Position numbers and translations under genes: made by a program. A model generated the notes under the pieces. That model did no database searches, was not told the DNA's origin, and saw only the letters and a list, made by a program, of their open reading frames with translations. From an uncultured Methylophilaceae bacterium (lineage in GTDB: Bacteria > Pseudomonadota > Gammaproteobacteria > Burkholderiales > Methylophilaceae), in NCBI GenBank assembly GCA_964584185.1, contig CAZOZB010000017.1:1-47624 (forward strand): a stretch of 47,624 nucleotides of DNA, in the 5' to 3' direction. Position 1 is the first letter of the stretch; each line of letters starts with the position of its first letter. Positions 10,336 to 22,702 of this stretch are shown here, piece by piece.

Positions 10336-11481
10336 CTATCGATCTCTTGCCGGAGCAGCTTTGTCTGAGGGCTTGCTACGCTCCAGCGCGAGTTTGTACT
10401 TGCTGACTAAAGTCAGGGTCTCGTTGATATCCGGTACTTCAATGATGATGTTATCCGCAGAAAGCTGCCTGATCGTCGACAACATGAGCTTGCTCGAACT
10501 TTCACGCATATCGAAATGCTCCAGCAGCCATTTTTCTGCGGCGCGCAGATCGGCCCTGTAAGTCACTTCATCATGTTGCAGCAAGGCAATCCGTGCACTG
10601 AGCAGACGCAGCTTGATGTTCTCGCGTAAGAAGTAGTTCTGCTCAGGCGCAAGCAAAGGCGGCTCCGGACGGTCTATACGCTCCAGGCGGATGATGTTCT
10701 TGATATCCTGCCAGACCTCATAAAGCAATTTTCTCCAGGAACTGGCTTCCCAATCCGGCGCCTGTACTGATTTGGGCTGCGGATGACGATCACTGACCAA
10801 CGGTAATTGACTGACGCTTTCAGCCAGATTTTCCAGCTTGACGCTCATGCCGACGACATCGACCAGAGGCAAGCCTTGCAGGCGCTGAATATCCTGCGAC
10901 AGGGCCTTACGCAGCTGTATCACTTGCGGTGTATCGATTTGCTGTAACCGGCTATCTGCTGTCTGTATCGCAAGCAATGCCGGTTTTATGTTGCCCGCCA
11001 GTTGCAATTGCTGGTTGGCAATCGTCATCAATTGCTCGACCTCGGCAATCAGGCGCTCTTCCCTCGTATTCGCCAGCTCGTAATAAAGTGTCTGCAGCGC
11101 TTCTTGCTGATTGCGCGACTCGGCAAGTTTTTGTTCAAGCAGTGAAATGCGTGCAGAAGCTTCGATACTGCGCTCATCCGCCAGTTTGGAGACTGCAAGC
11201 GATTGCTGGTTGTTCTGACCGAATTGCTCCAGACGCAAAGTGAGCACTTGCTCTAACTGCGTGAAACGATCGCGCGTATCAAGCCAGTGCCAGGCGATTG
11301 CACACAAGGCGACGATGACAAGGATAAACGCGCTCGATGCCGTGAATGAAGTGCGCGGACGACCGGAACCTGCGTTATCGGTTTCCGGGTTCACAGTATC
11401 GTCTGTAGGCGCGTTCGACATGATCGGCGCTGATGTTTTTTCGTTGCTCATATTGGAGAGTTTAAAGTCCTTATCAAACAT
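10336..11481 (-). CDS. hemX: HemX-like protein, annotated in databases as putative uroporphyrinogen-III C-methyltransferase.
   Basis: 381 aa with a Pro/Ser-rich N-terminus, a single transmembrane helix and a long coiled-coil region. It lies between hemD and hemY. The start codon is uncertain. Confidence 0.7.
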   Translation of the reverse strand: MFDKDFKLSNMSNEKTSAPIMSNAPTDDTVNPETDNAGSGRPRTSFTASSAFILVIVALCAIAWHWLDTRDRFTQLEQVLTLRLEQFGQNNQQSLAVSKLADERSIEASARISLLEQKLAESRNQQEALQTLYYELANTREERLIAEVEQLMTIANQQLQLAGNIKPALLAIQTADSRLQQIDTPQVIQLRKALSQDIQRLQGLPLVDVVGMSVKLENLAESVSQLPLVSDRHPQPKSVQAPDWEASSWRKLLYEVWQDIKNIIRLERIDRPEPPLLAPEQNYFLRENIKLRLLSARIALLQHDEVTYRADLRAAEKWLLEHFDMRESSSKLMLSTIRQLSADNIIIEVPDINETLTLVSKYKLALERSKPSDKAAPARDR

Positions 11482-12245
11482 TGCAGCATGGCTTCGTCTC
11501 CTGGCGCTTCTGCTACATGAACGTTCAAATTGAAGCTACCTGCCTCTTCCGCGATTCGCGCATGATTGACGCATATGGCAGTGTTTCTGAGCCAGGACGC
11601 TGTTTGTGCCCCGCCATCAGCGAGTTCGAGCAAATGGCGCATCGCCTCAGAACTCGTCACAACCAAAGCATCCAGTTGTTCATTCTGCCACAGTGTATGT
11701 AAAACCCCAGCATCCGTTTGCGGATTAACACGTTGATAGCATTCAGCAAATGTGACGACAGCCCCTCTTGAGGCCAACGTTTCCGCCAGCACCTCCCTGC
11801 CGCCAACGCCACGCACGATCATGCACTTCTTACCACTCACTGCCTGCATTTGCGGCAAAGCCAGCAAAGACTCGCTATCAAACCGGCCTTCGGGTATCAG
11901 CACCTGCTGCACACCAAACTCTCCCAGTTCGGCGGCTGTCACCGGCCCAATCGCAGCAAATTGCAGATGCCCTGGAATGCCGTTAAACGTTTTTAACAGC
12001 CTGTGCATGCCATTCTGGACGGCATTCGAGCTGATGAAAATAATCCAGTCGTATTGGTCCAGGCCGGCAAGCACTTCATCAAAAGCACTGTAGTCATCCA
12101 GCGGTGTGATCGCTATCAATGGAAACAGCACAGCCTCGGCGCCCTGCGCTTCAATCAAAGCTTTCAGCTTGTTAGCCTGTCCAGGCGGCCTGGTAATGAC
12201 TACATGCTTAGCGGATAAGGCAGCACTCACCATCTGTTCGTGCAA
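11448..12245 (-). CDS. hemD: Uroporphyrinogen-III synthase.
   Basis: 265 aa with HemD fold signatures. It lies directly downstream of hemC. The 3' end overlaps the hemX ORF by 34 bp. Confidence 0.8.
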   Translation of the reverse strand: MHEQMVSAALSAKHVVITRPPGQANKLKALIEAQGAEAVLFPLIAITPLDDYSAFDEVLAGLDQYDWIIFISSNAVQNGMHRLLKTFNGIPGHLQFAAIGPVTAAELGEFGVQQVLIPEGRFDSESLLALPQMQAVSGKKCMIVRGVGGREVLAETLASRGAVVTFAECYQRVNPQTDAGVLHTLWQNEQLDALVVTSSEAMRHLLELADGGAQTASWLRNTAICVNHARIAEEAGSFNLNVHVAEAPGDEAMLQCLIRTLNSPI

Positions 12246-12251
12246 ACCAAT

Positions 12252-13190
12252 TTATTTGGGTAGCGCCGCGAGAATACGGTCAGCACCCTTGGCAATCAGT
12301 TTTGCCGCCAATTGCTGGCCCAGGGTCTCTGGATTTTCTGGATTACCAATCAGCTTTTCGCGCAATATTTCGCTGCCATCGACGCTGGCGACAAAGCCCT
12401 TGATATGGATCTCGTCACCATGTTTTTCTGCATAGGCACCCAATGGCACTGTGCAACTGCCAGCCAGGGCACGGCTCATGCCGCGTTCCGCTTCTACGCA
12501 ACTGGCGGTTTCAGCATGGTTCAGCGGCGCCAAGACAGCTATCAGATCGGTTCTTGCGGCATTGATTTCCATGCCCAGAGCGCCTTGGCCAACTGCGGGA
12601 ATGCTATCTTCGGTATCAATCAGGTCTGCAATGCGCGATTCCAGACCCAATCTTTTCAGCCCAGCCGCAGCAAGAATAATGGCGGCATATTGGCCTTCGT
12701 CCAGCTTGCGCAATCGGGTTTGCAAATTGCCGCGCAGGGATTCGATTTTCAAACTGGGGAAGCGTGCCTGCAACTGGCTCTGGCGGCGCAGACTGGATGT
12801 ACCGACTACGCTGCCTGCCGGCAAAGAAGCCAAATTAGCGAATCGATTGGAGACAAAAGCATCGCGCGGATCTTCACGTTCACCAATCGCCGCCATGGCA
12901 AAACCTTCGGGCAAATGCATGGGCACATCTTTCATGGAATGCACGGCCAAGTCTGCACGGCCGTCGGCCAGTGCCTGCTCCAATTCCTTTACGAACAACC
13001 CCTTGCCGCCGATTTTTGCCAGCGGGGAATCCAATATCTGGTCGCCCGTCGTTGTCATGCCCAGGATTTCAACCAGCGTCTCCGGGTAAAGCGCTTGCAA
13101 ACGGCTTTGGATATGGCGAGCTTGCCACATGGCAAGTGCGCTTTCTCGTGAGGCAATGACGAGTTTCTTCGGGATGTTGATGGAGGTCAT
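12252..13190 (-). CDS. hemC: Porphobilinogen deaminase (hydroxymethylbilane synthase).
   Basis: 312 aa. The sequence reads [16 protein letters not shown]…[11 protein letters not shown]…. The dipyrromethane-cofactor cysteine region is present. Confidence 0.92.
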   Translation of the reverse strand: MTSINIPKKLVIASRESALAMWQARHIQSRLQALYPETLVEILGMTTTGDQILDSPLAKIGGKGLFVKELEQALADGRADLAVHSMKDVPMHLPEGFAMAAIGEREDPRDAFVSNRFANLASLPAGSVVGTSSLRRQSQLQARFPSLKIESLRGNLQTRLRKLDEGQYAAIILAAAGLKRLGLESRIADLIDTEDSIPAVGQGALGMEINAARTDLIAVLAPLNHAETASCVEAERGMSRALAGSCTVPLGAYAEKHGDEIHIKGFVASVDGSEILREKLIGNPENPETLGQQLAAKLIAKGADRILAALPK

Positions 13191-13271
13191 ATCACGGTGT
13201 TCTTAAAGACAGGCAATTAATGGGAAATATGTAATCGAATTTTAACACAGGCCTCTAAACGGCCGGCTTTA

Positions 13272-14012
13272 TCATCTCAGCAATTCTTTCAGTACATGCT
13301 GCTGCCGACGGCTTACTGCAACGGTTTCCGGCACTTCTCGCAACAGGGCTATATAGTGGCTTTCGCCATCGGTTTCCTGACGCCGCTCATAACCCATGAT
13401 GCTGTTCTGCGCGACCAGGCAATTGCGATGCAAACGAATGAACCGATTTCCGAACTCCTGTTCGATAGAAGTCAGCGAATCTTCTATCAGGTATTCCCGT
13501 TCTTTTGTGCGTACCGTGATGTATTTGAGTTCTGCACGCAGATAGATCACCTCATCTATCGGCACCAGCAACACACGTCCACGCTCAACCACACTGAAAT
13601 GCGACCTTTGTGCTTGCATGGGCTTAAGCGCATTGAGTTGTACCCGGCTCAATTTACTCGCCTTATCAATCGCCGCCTGCAAACGCTCAAGCCTGATCGG
13701 TTTCAGCAAATAATCCAGCGCGTTCATGTCGAATGCCTGCACTGCATAGGCATCATAAGCCGTGGTGAAGATAATCGCGGGCGGTTCAGGCAGTTTCTGC
13801 AAATGTGCTGCTGTCTCTATGCCATCCATCTTCGGCATACGGATATCAAGCAACACCAGATCCACCTGGTTTTCTGCAGTTAAATCAAGCAGTTCATGAC
13901 CGTTCCTGGCCTCGCCGACCAGGCGCGTATGTCCGATGTCGCCCAGCAACTCGCGCAACCGATTGCGCGCAGGCGCTTCGTCGTCCGCAATCAGCACTTT
14001 GATTTCATTCAT
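13272..14012 (-). CDS. algR: LytTR-family two-component response regulator (AlgR-like).
   Basis: 246 aa with an N-terminal receiver domain (LIADDE…LLDIRMPKMDG) and a C-terminal LytTR DNA-binding domain. The argH/algZ/algR/hemC/hemD synteny matches Pseudomonas. Confidence 0.85.
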   Translation of the reverse strand: MNEIKVLIADDEAPARNRLRELLGDIGHTRLVGEARNGHELLDLTAENQVDLVLLDIRMPKMDGIETAAHLQKLPEPPAIIFTTAYDAYAVQAFDMNALDYLLKPIRLERLQAAIDKASKLSRVQLNALKPMQAQRSHFSVVERGRVLLVPIDEVIYLRAELKYITVRTKEREYLIEDSLTSIEQEFGNRFIRLHRNCLVAQNSIMGYERRQETDGESHYIALLREVPETVAVSRRQQHVLKELLR

Positions 14013-14027
14013 TTGAGCTGCCCAATT

Positions 14028-15068
14028 CTAGGATTCTCGACGATACGGAATGATGATATCAACCTGATACAACCCTTTGCCGGAATGACTTTTCAGGGTG
14101 GCCTCCGCATCAAAATGCAGCGACAGACGTTCGCGGATATTCTTCAGTGCCATCTTGTTTCCCGCATGATGCTGGTTTTGCGGCAGATACGGATTGCTCA
14201 GGCGAATATGCACTTCCTTGCCTGTCGATTGAATATTAATCGTCACCACGCCGCCATCCGGCATCGGCTCTACGCCGTGATATACGGCATTCTCCAATAA
14301 TGGTTGCAAGATCAACGGCGGAATCAGAGCATCGGGTGGAATGTTATCAATCTGCCAATCAATGGTAAGACGTTCTTCCAACCGCAGTTTTTCCAGGGCC
14401 AGGTATTGGCGGCACAACCCTATTTCCTGCGCTAATGGCACCAGATCACGGTTGTCTGCCATCAACACACGGAACAGGTCGGCCATATCTTCCAGGGCCG
14501 TTTCTGCGCGCTTCGGATCGCTACGCACAATCGAAAGCACGGCATTGATGCTGTTGAACAGAAAGTGCGGGCGTATTCTCGCTTGCAAGGCCTGCACACG
14601 AGCTTCGCTGATGGCGGGCGATAATGCACGTTGGCGCAAATTGAAATAGCCGAGCACAATCAAGGTAACGATCAAAGTCAGCAACCATGAGCGCAGCAGT
14701 GGCGGCATGGCATCCGTGCCGAATAAGCCTGCACCGGTTTGATAGGCCAGCCAGGTCAAACCAAGTTCTGTCGCGATAATCAAGGCAGCGCCCAGCGTGT
14801 AAGGCAGTTTTCGCAACCAGGGATATGCCGCATAAAAAACCAGTAGACTCAGCAACAGAACCGGCTGCAACATCACAGACAACTCGGCTAATTTGAGTAT
14901 GACCTGATCCAGCGTGGAGGCATGCAATATGGCTGCAATCAGCGCCATTAAATTGACCGCAACCAATATGCGCAAACATACGCCAAGATTGCGCAAATCC
15001 GGCAACCGGCTGCCAGCCTCGCGAAAGACACTGGCGGCAAAGCTTGGATTTTGCTTTATACTTATCAT
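14028..15068 (-). CDS. algZ: AlgZ/FimS-type sensor histidine kinase (LytS/His_kinase family, multi-transmembrane).
   Basis: 346 aa with a multi-transmembrane N-terminus, the conserved HFLFNSINAV histidine-kinase motif and an ATPase domain. It lies immediately upstream of algR. Confidence 0.8.
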   Translation of the reverse strand: MISIKQNPSFAASVFREAGSRLPDLRNLGVCLRILVAVNLMALIAAILHASTLDQVILKLAELSVMLQPVLLLSLLVFYAAYPWLRKLPYTLGAALIIATELGLTWLAYQTGAGLFGTDAMPPLLRSWLLTLIVTLIVLGYFNLRQRALSPAISEARVQALQARIRPHFLFNSINAVLSIVRSDPKRAETALEDMADLFRVLMADNRDLVPLAQEIGLCRQYLALEKLRLEERLTIDWQIDNIPPDALIPPLILQPLLENAVYHGVEPMPDGGVVTINIQSTGKEVHIRLSNPYLPQNQHHAGNKMALKNIRERLSLHFDAEATLKSHSGKGLYQVDIIIPYRRES

Positions 15069-15099
15069 ATAAGTACATTATTCTTAATCATTTTTTATC

Positions 15100-16509
15100 A
15101 TGCAAGATAATTCCAAAACAAATTCAGAACAATCCAAAACCTGGTCCGGCCGTTTTAACGAACCGGTGGCAGAACTCGTCAAGCGTTACACCGCTTCAGT
15201 GAGCTTCGATCAACGCCTTGCCGAGTTCGATATACAAGGCTCGCTCGCCCATTCGCGCATGCTGGGCGCCCAGGGAATTATCGAAAACGAAGATGTAAAA
15301 GCCATTGAAAAAGGCCTGAACGAGATTCTGCAAGAGATTCGCAATGGCGATTTCGAGTGGTCGCTCGATCTGGAAGATGTGCACCTCAATATCGAAAAAC
15401 GCCTGACAGACAAGATCGGCGATGCAGGTAAGCGCTTACATACCGGCCGCTCGCGTAACGATCAGGTCGCTACGGACATTCGCCTCTGGTTGCGGGCAAC
15501 GGTGGATGCTGTCGTTGCTCAAATACGCCAGTTGCAGACTTCCATTGTCGATCTGGCCGATGAACATTTCGATACCGCCATGCCTGGTTTCACGCATCTG
15601 CAGGTAGCCCAACCCGTCACTTTCGGTCATCACCTGCTGGCTTATTTCGAGATGCTGCAACGCGACGCCAGCCGTTTCATCGATGCACGCAAGCGTATCA
15701 ATCAGCTGCCGCTTGGTGCTGCCGCGCTGGCTGGCACCAGTTATCCGATTAATCGTGAAATGGTCGCAAAAGAACTTGGCTTCGATGGTGTTTGTGAAAA
15801 TTCCCTGGATGCGGTTTCCGATAGAGACTTTGCCATTGAGTTCACGGCCGCGGCCGCCCTCTTGATGACTCACCTGTCACGGCTGTCTGAAGAGCTGATT
15901 CTATGGTCCAGCCCGCGTTTCGGCTTTATCGATATCGCCGACCGCTTCTGTACCGGCTCATCCATCATGCCGCAAAAGAAGAATCCCGATGTACCGGAGC
16001 TGGTACGCGGCAAGACCGGCCGTGTGAACGGGCATCTGGTAGCGCTCTTGACGCTGATGAAAAGCCAGCCGCTGGCTTACAACAAGGACAACCAGGAAGA
16101 CAAGGAACCATTGTTCGACACCGCTGACACGCTGCTGATGACGCTGGAGATCTACGCCGACATGCTGCGTGGCATCAAGGTCAATAAAGCCGCCATGCGC
16201 GCTGCAGCGACCGAAGGCTTCGCCACCGCGACCGATCTGGCCGATTACCTAGTCAAAAAAGGCATGGCGTTCAGGGATGCGCACGAAGTCGTGGCCAAAG
16301 CCGTGCGCCATGCTGCAGATAAAGGCTGCGATCTGGCTGACCTGGCTTTAGCTGAATTACAAGCTTTCAGCGCACAAATCACGGATGACGTATTTTCGGT
16401 ATTGACGTTGGAAGGTTCACTCGCCAGCCGCAACCATATCGGCGGTACCGCACCGAACCAGGTAAAAGCCGCTATCGAACGCGCCAGGAAATCGTTAAAA
16501 GCCGCGTAA
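15100..16509 (+). CDS. argH: Argininosuccinate lyase.
   Basis: 469 aa with the fumarate-lyase signature [12 protein letters not shown] and an ArgH-like N-terminus (WSGRF). Confidence 0.95.
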   Translation: MQDNSKTNSEQSKTWSGRFNEPVAELVKRYTASVSFDQRLAEFDIQGSLAHSRMLGAQGIIENEDVKAIEKGLNEILQEIRNGDFEWSLDLEDVHLNIEKRLTDKIGDAGKRLHTGRSRNDQVATDIRLWLRATVDAVVAQIRQLQTSIVDLADEHFDTAMPGFTHLQVAQPVTFGHHLLAYFEMLQRDASRFIDARKRINQLPLGAAALAGTSYPINREMVAKELGFDGVCENSLDAVSDRDFAIEFTAAAALLMTHLSRLSEELILWSSPRFGFIDIADRFCTGSSIMPQKKNPDVPELVRGKTGRVNGHLVALLTLMKSQPLAYNKDNQEDKEPLFDTADTLLMTLEIYADMLRGIKVNKAAMRAAATEGFATATDLADYLVKKGMAFRDAHEVVAKAVRHAADKGCDLADLALAELQAFSAQITDDVFSVLTLEGSLASRNHIGGTAPNQVKAAIERARKSLKAA

Positions 16510-16584
16510 CCAATTGAAACAACGTGCTTAAAACACCCGTTTCTTTCTCGCAAAACAAGTTAGATTCAAGTAAGGATGTATTGC

Positions 16585-16616
16585 AAGCCCGCATAAGCGG
16601 GTTTTGCATTTTTACT
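16585..16616 (+). terminator. Rho-independent terminator after argH.
   Basis: AAGCCCGC-ATAA-GCGGGTTT stem-loop followed by TTTTGCATTTTT. Confidence 0.5.
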
Positions 16617-17046
16617 TTACGGGTTTGATAAGCTGGCCCTTCGCATCCACCACCTGCTCGCCATCTTCCTTGGTAAAAGCACCCTGCTGCGGATCAGGCA
16701 AAATCTCCAGCACCAGTTCAGATGGTCGGCAAAGCCGCGTACCCAGAGACGTCACGACAATAGGCCGATTGATCAGGATAGGATGCTGCAACATGAAATC
16801 CACGATTTCATCATCCGTCCACTTAGCATCACCCAGACTCAGCCCACTATAAACCGCCTCTTTTGCACGCAGTAACTCGCGCGACGTGATACCCGCTTCT
16901 CTAATCAAGGCTTCCAGCCTGGTCTTGCTTGGCGGTGTTTTCAGGTACTCGATCACCTCCGGCTCAACGCCGCTGTTACGTATCATCGCTAACGTGTTAC
17001 GTGAGGTGCCGCATTTAGGATTATGGTAAATGATGATGTCTGACAT
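16612..17046 (-). CDS. arsC: Glutaredoxin-coupled arsenate reductase (ArsC family).
   Basis: 144 aa, collinear with E. coli plasmid-type ArsC along its whole length. It carries the catalytic Cys in NPKCGTSRN and the downstream MLQHPILINRPIV…GTRLCRPSE motif. Confidence 0.85.
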   Translation of the reverse strand: MSDIIIYHNPKCGTSRNTLAMIRNSGVEPEVIEYLKTPPSKTRLEALIREAGITSRELLRAKEAVYSGLSLGDAKWTDDEIVDFMLQHPILINRPIVVTSLGTRLCRPSELVLEILPDPQQGAFTKEDGEQVVDAKGQLIKPVK

Positions 17047-17103
17047 ATATAAACATAAAGCCCTTTCGGGCTTTGATAAATTCCGGTTATTAAAATGATA
17101 ACG

Positions 17104-18504
17104 TTAATACTTTTTAACCTCTTTCGGTAGAGAGTCGCCCGTGCTGACTGTAGTAATTCCAGATGTGCTGATCTTTTCCGAGTCGCTTGTCACAACAGAA
17201 TCCAGTTTCACTCCAAACCGCTCAAGTAGTGCTTTGCCTCCTTCACCCTGAGCAATAGCTTCCAACATACTGGCGATACCTGTTCCTCCTTTCGAAGAAA
17301 AAATATCCATGATCTTGGAAACACCAGCAGTGGTTTCGCCGGAATTAACAATTACCTTGAGTTCGGATTCCTTAAGAGCATCTGCCTGGGTTACACCTAC
17401 CACTTGCATAGCTTCAATCCCTTTAATCGAAATGAGATATTGCAGATATCCAGGGTTACTATTGATTTCTTTTGCAAGCTTGACCTGTGCTTCAACCGGA
17501 GCTAATAGAATAGCAGTCTCAGCAGAAGCCTTGGCTACACCCTCGACTTTGATACCATCTGACTCCAGTTTCTTCGCTGCAAGCTGACCTTCAGCCACGA
17601 TAACAGTAGTTTGTTTATCTTGCTCAGCTTTTACGACCTGCACATCTTTGTTGATATTAGCCTGACCAACTTCGGTCACAGAGTTAACCAGAACATCCTT
17701 CTCAGCAGTCGTTTTGGCTTGATCCTTAATTTCTTGCTGGGCCTTCTCGTTCGCGACACCAACAGCTTTCTCTTTCTCTGCTGTTCTGATTCCCACCGCT
17801 TGCTCCGCTTCCTGGCGTTTAATATCAGTTTCACGCTTAGCATTAACTTCAGCGATTTCGGCCTCTTGCATGTTCTTGGCAACTTCAACGCGGCTTTCTC
17901 GCTCAATTAAGGATTTCTTTTTCTCCATGATATTTGCGATCACCATGCTGTCGCGCGCGTCACGGATATCCATGAGTTCAATATTCTTAACAACAACAAC
18001 ACCCCAGTTCTTGATGTTTGCTTCTACCTGCTGGGTAAAGTGTTCACCGAATTCGCTTCGATCCTGCATAATTTTTTCAATGTCACTGGATGCCAAGATT
18101 GATCGGACTGAGCCCTGCACTATTGTCTGTAGCTGCTCTTTCAACTCTTGAAAAGAATACACTCGCGCTGCAGAGAGGCTGGAATCTTCAATGCGAAAGA
18201 ATGCAGTGATATCTACGACAAATGGCAACCTGCCTATGTCATAAGCCTCATAGTTCTCTAGGTCAATATTGAATACCGAAACTGGCAATACAATGGTGCT
18301 CACACCGATAATAGGGATAAAGCTTGGCCACTCGTAATAAGTGTTGCCGTTATTTGTATTCTTGCCGTAAGACGTGGTCTTTTTTGAGCTCTGAACAATA
18401 TGCTCTTCATTGGTCGGTACAACGCGGCGGAAATAGATTGCAATGATAAATGCCAGCAGCAGAATCGTTGAAATGGCGCCTATAACTATTAAATCAGGAC
18501 TCAT
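17104..18504 (-). CDS. Flotillin-like SPFH/band-7 membrane protein (YqiK type).
   Basis: 466 aa with an N-terminal transmembrane helix, an SPFH domain, a long Glu/Ala/Lys-rich coiled coil and a Gly/Ser-rich C-terminus. Its overall architecture matches E. coli YqiK. Its GC content is somewhat lower than that of its neighbours. Confidence 0.8.
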   Translation of the reverse strand: MSPDLIVIGAISTILLLAFIIAIYFRRVVPTNEEHIVQSSKKTTSYGKNTNNGNTYYEWPSFIPIIGVSTIVLPVSVFNIDLENYEAYDIGRLPFVVDITAFFRIEDSSLSAARVYSFQELKEQLQTIVQGSVRSILASSDIEKIMQDRSEFGEHFTQQVEANIKNWGVVVVKNIELMDIRDARDSMVIANIMEKKKSLIERESRVEVAKNMQEAEIAEVNAKRETDIKRQEAEQAVGIRTAEKEKAVGVANEKAQQEIKDQAKTTAEKDVLVNSVTEVGQANINKDVQVVKAEQDKQTTVIVAEGQLAAKKLESDGIKVEGVAKASAETAILLAPVEAQVKLAKEINSNPGYLQYLISIKGIEAMQVVGVTQADALKESELKVIVNSGETTAGVSKIMDIFSSKGGTGIASMLEAIAQGEGGKALLERFGVKLDSVVTSDSEKISTSGITTVSTGDSLPKEVKKY

Positions 18505-18785
18505 GAATTCCCCTTATTGATTTTGTTCGCTTGGTATTACTTTTGTTGATTAATGGGCGTTGCAGCCAGCCATAAGTTTAAATGTAAATGAGTCAATCAA
18601 GGGCCTATTAATTAATCTAACAAGACTCAAAAAAACATAGATTCACAAAATTCCAAAACCTGTACCGTGCAGGTTTCTAAAGTGCTTTAATTTTGAGTTA
18701 GCTGTTTGTATACACTCTTAATCCTGCAAAAATTAAATTTGCGGGTACTATCTGCACTTCGCTCATTCAAGATATACCTCCCCTG

Positions 18786-20138
18786 ATGCAAACAGAAGTT
18801 AAAGACACCCCCAAGCACGCCGTTGTAGCGGCCGTACAACTGCCAAGCGTGAGTGATATCGAATTCGAAGCATCGCTGACCGAATTGCGCGAACTCGCAA
18901 AAACACTGGGTTATGAAGTTATCCGTACGTTCATGCAGAAGCGCGCCAGCTTCGACACGACAGCTTATCTTGGCATCGGCAAAAGGCAGGAGATACACGA
19001 CTTCGTAAATAACGACCTGGTGTCTATCGAGCTCGATGCAACCATTGCCAAGCCTGATACCCAGGACATCGACGCTATCCTGGTCGACCATGAGATATCG
19101 CCATCGCAAGCGCGCAATCTGGAAAAAGAAGTCGGCTGTGAGGTCATGGATCGCACGATGGTCATCCTAGAGATTTTTCACCGCAATGCACGCTCACGCG
19201 CCGCGAAAGCACAGGTAGAGATTGCCCGTCTCGGCTACATGGCTCCACGACTGCGTGAAGCAGCCAAGCTCGCCGGGCCGCAAGGTAGGCAGCGTAGTGG
19301 TGTAGGCGGTCGTGGAGCTGGCGAATCTCACACGGAACTGGATCGTCGCAAGATCCGAGACCGTATTGCTGAACTGCAGTTGGAGATCATCGCCATGGAT
19401 GCCGAGCGCAAGACACAGCGCGCCCGGCGGCAGGAACGCCAAGGACTCGCCGGCGTTGCGCTCGTCGGCTACACGAACGCAGGTAAATCGACCTTGATGC
19501 GGGCGCTCACCGGTAGCGAAGTGCTGGTAGCCAACAAACTCTTCGCGACACTCGATACGACGGTGCGTACTCTCTACCCGGAAAGCGTTCCGCGTGTGCT
19601 GGTCAGCGACACCGTCGGCTTCATCAAGAACCTGCCGCACGGCCTGGTCGCGTCGTTCAAATCCACGCTTGACGAGGCGCTTGATGCCTCACTGCTGCTA
19701 CACGTCATTGATGCCAGTGACCCTGGCTTTGAGCGCCAGCTTGAAGTCACCGACAAAGTGCTGGGAGAGATCGATGCAGATGTCGTACCGCGCATTCGCG
19801 TCTTTAACAAAATCGATCACGTCGGCGACGCGGCAGCACAAGCTGAACGCGAGGCTACATTAAAAGCGCAGTACCCGGATTGCGTCGTGATGAGCGCCCG
19901 CCGCCCTGGCGATGTCGCAAAGCTTCACCAGAGCATCGTCGCATTTTTTCAACAAGATATGGTTGAAACCGAACTTTTCCTGCCTTGGTCGGCGCAGCAA
20001 TTACTCGGAGAAATCTACGCGAGTTGTCAGGTGCAAGAAGAGCGCTCAGATACTGAAGGCACTTTTTTCCTGGTGCGCGGCGCGGCCAATACAGTGAATA
20101 GTCTGCGCGAGCAGTTAATGAAACCGCGCCTTGAGTAA
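18786..20138 (+). CDS. hflX: GTPase HflX.
   Basis: 450 aa. It has the HflX N-terminal domain, a Gln/Arg-rich linker, and a GTPase domain with G1 (GYTNAGKST) and the G3/G4 motifs. Confidence 0.85.
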   Translation: MQTEVKDTPKHAVVAAVQLPSVSDIEFEASLTELRELAKTLGYEVIRTFMQKRASFDTTAYLGIGKRQEIHDFVNNDLVSIELDATIAKPDTQDIDAILVDHEISPSQARNLEKEVGCEVMDRTMVILEIFHRNARSRAAKAQVEIARLGYMAPRLREAAKLAGPQGRQRSGVGGRGAGESHTELDRRKIRDRIAELQLEIIAMDAERKTQRARRQERQGLAGVALVGYTNAGKSTLMRALTGSEVLVANKLFATLDTTVRTLYPESVPRVLVSDTVGFIKNLPHGLVASFKSTLDEALDASLLLHVIDASDPGFERQLEVTDKVLGEIDADVVPRIRVFNKIDHVGDAAAQAEREATLKAQYPDCVVMSARRPGDVAKLHQSIVAFFQQDMVETELFLPWSAQQLLGEIYASCQVQEERSDTEGTFFLVRGAANTVNSLREQLMKPRLE

Positions 20139-20177
20139 CCAGGCAATCATTGTTTCTTAATTAAAGAAACGTTCAAT

Positions 20178-20218
20178 AAAAAAATCCCACGATAGTGAGA
20201 CTATCGTGGGATTTTTTT
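20178..20218. terminator. Bidirectional rho-independent terminator between the convergent hflX and gyrB genes.
   Basis: AAAAAAATCCCACGATAG-TGAGAC-CTATCGTGGGATTTTTTT. A second, smaller hairpin, GTTTCTT-AATTA-AAGAAAC, lies at 20152-20173. Confidence 0.65.
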
Positions 20219-20241
20219 AGCTGCTGTATAGACCTACAACC

Positions 20242-22671
<2,430 letters not shown>

Positions 22672-22702
22672 TGGAAAGAAATACTGCTCGAAATTTTAGA
22701 GA

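Noticed and set aside
17047-18785. The flotillin segment as a horizontally acquired island.
   Set aside because: Its GC content is only modestly lower, about 44-47% against roughly 50-55%. The neighbouring arsC gene is similarly AT-rich. No direct repeats, integrase or tRNA flank it. It is kept only as a weak comment within the hflX/flotillin finding.
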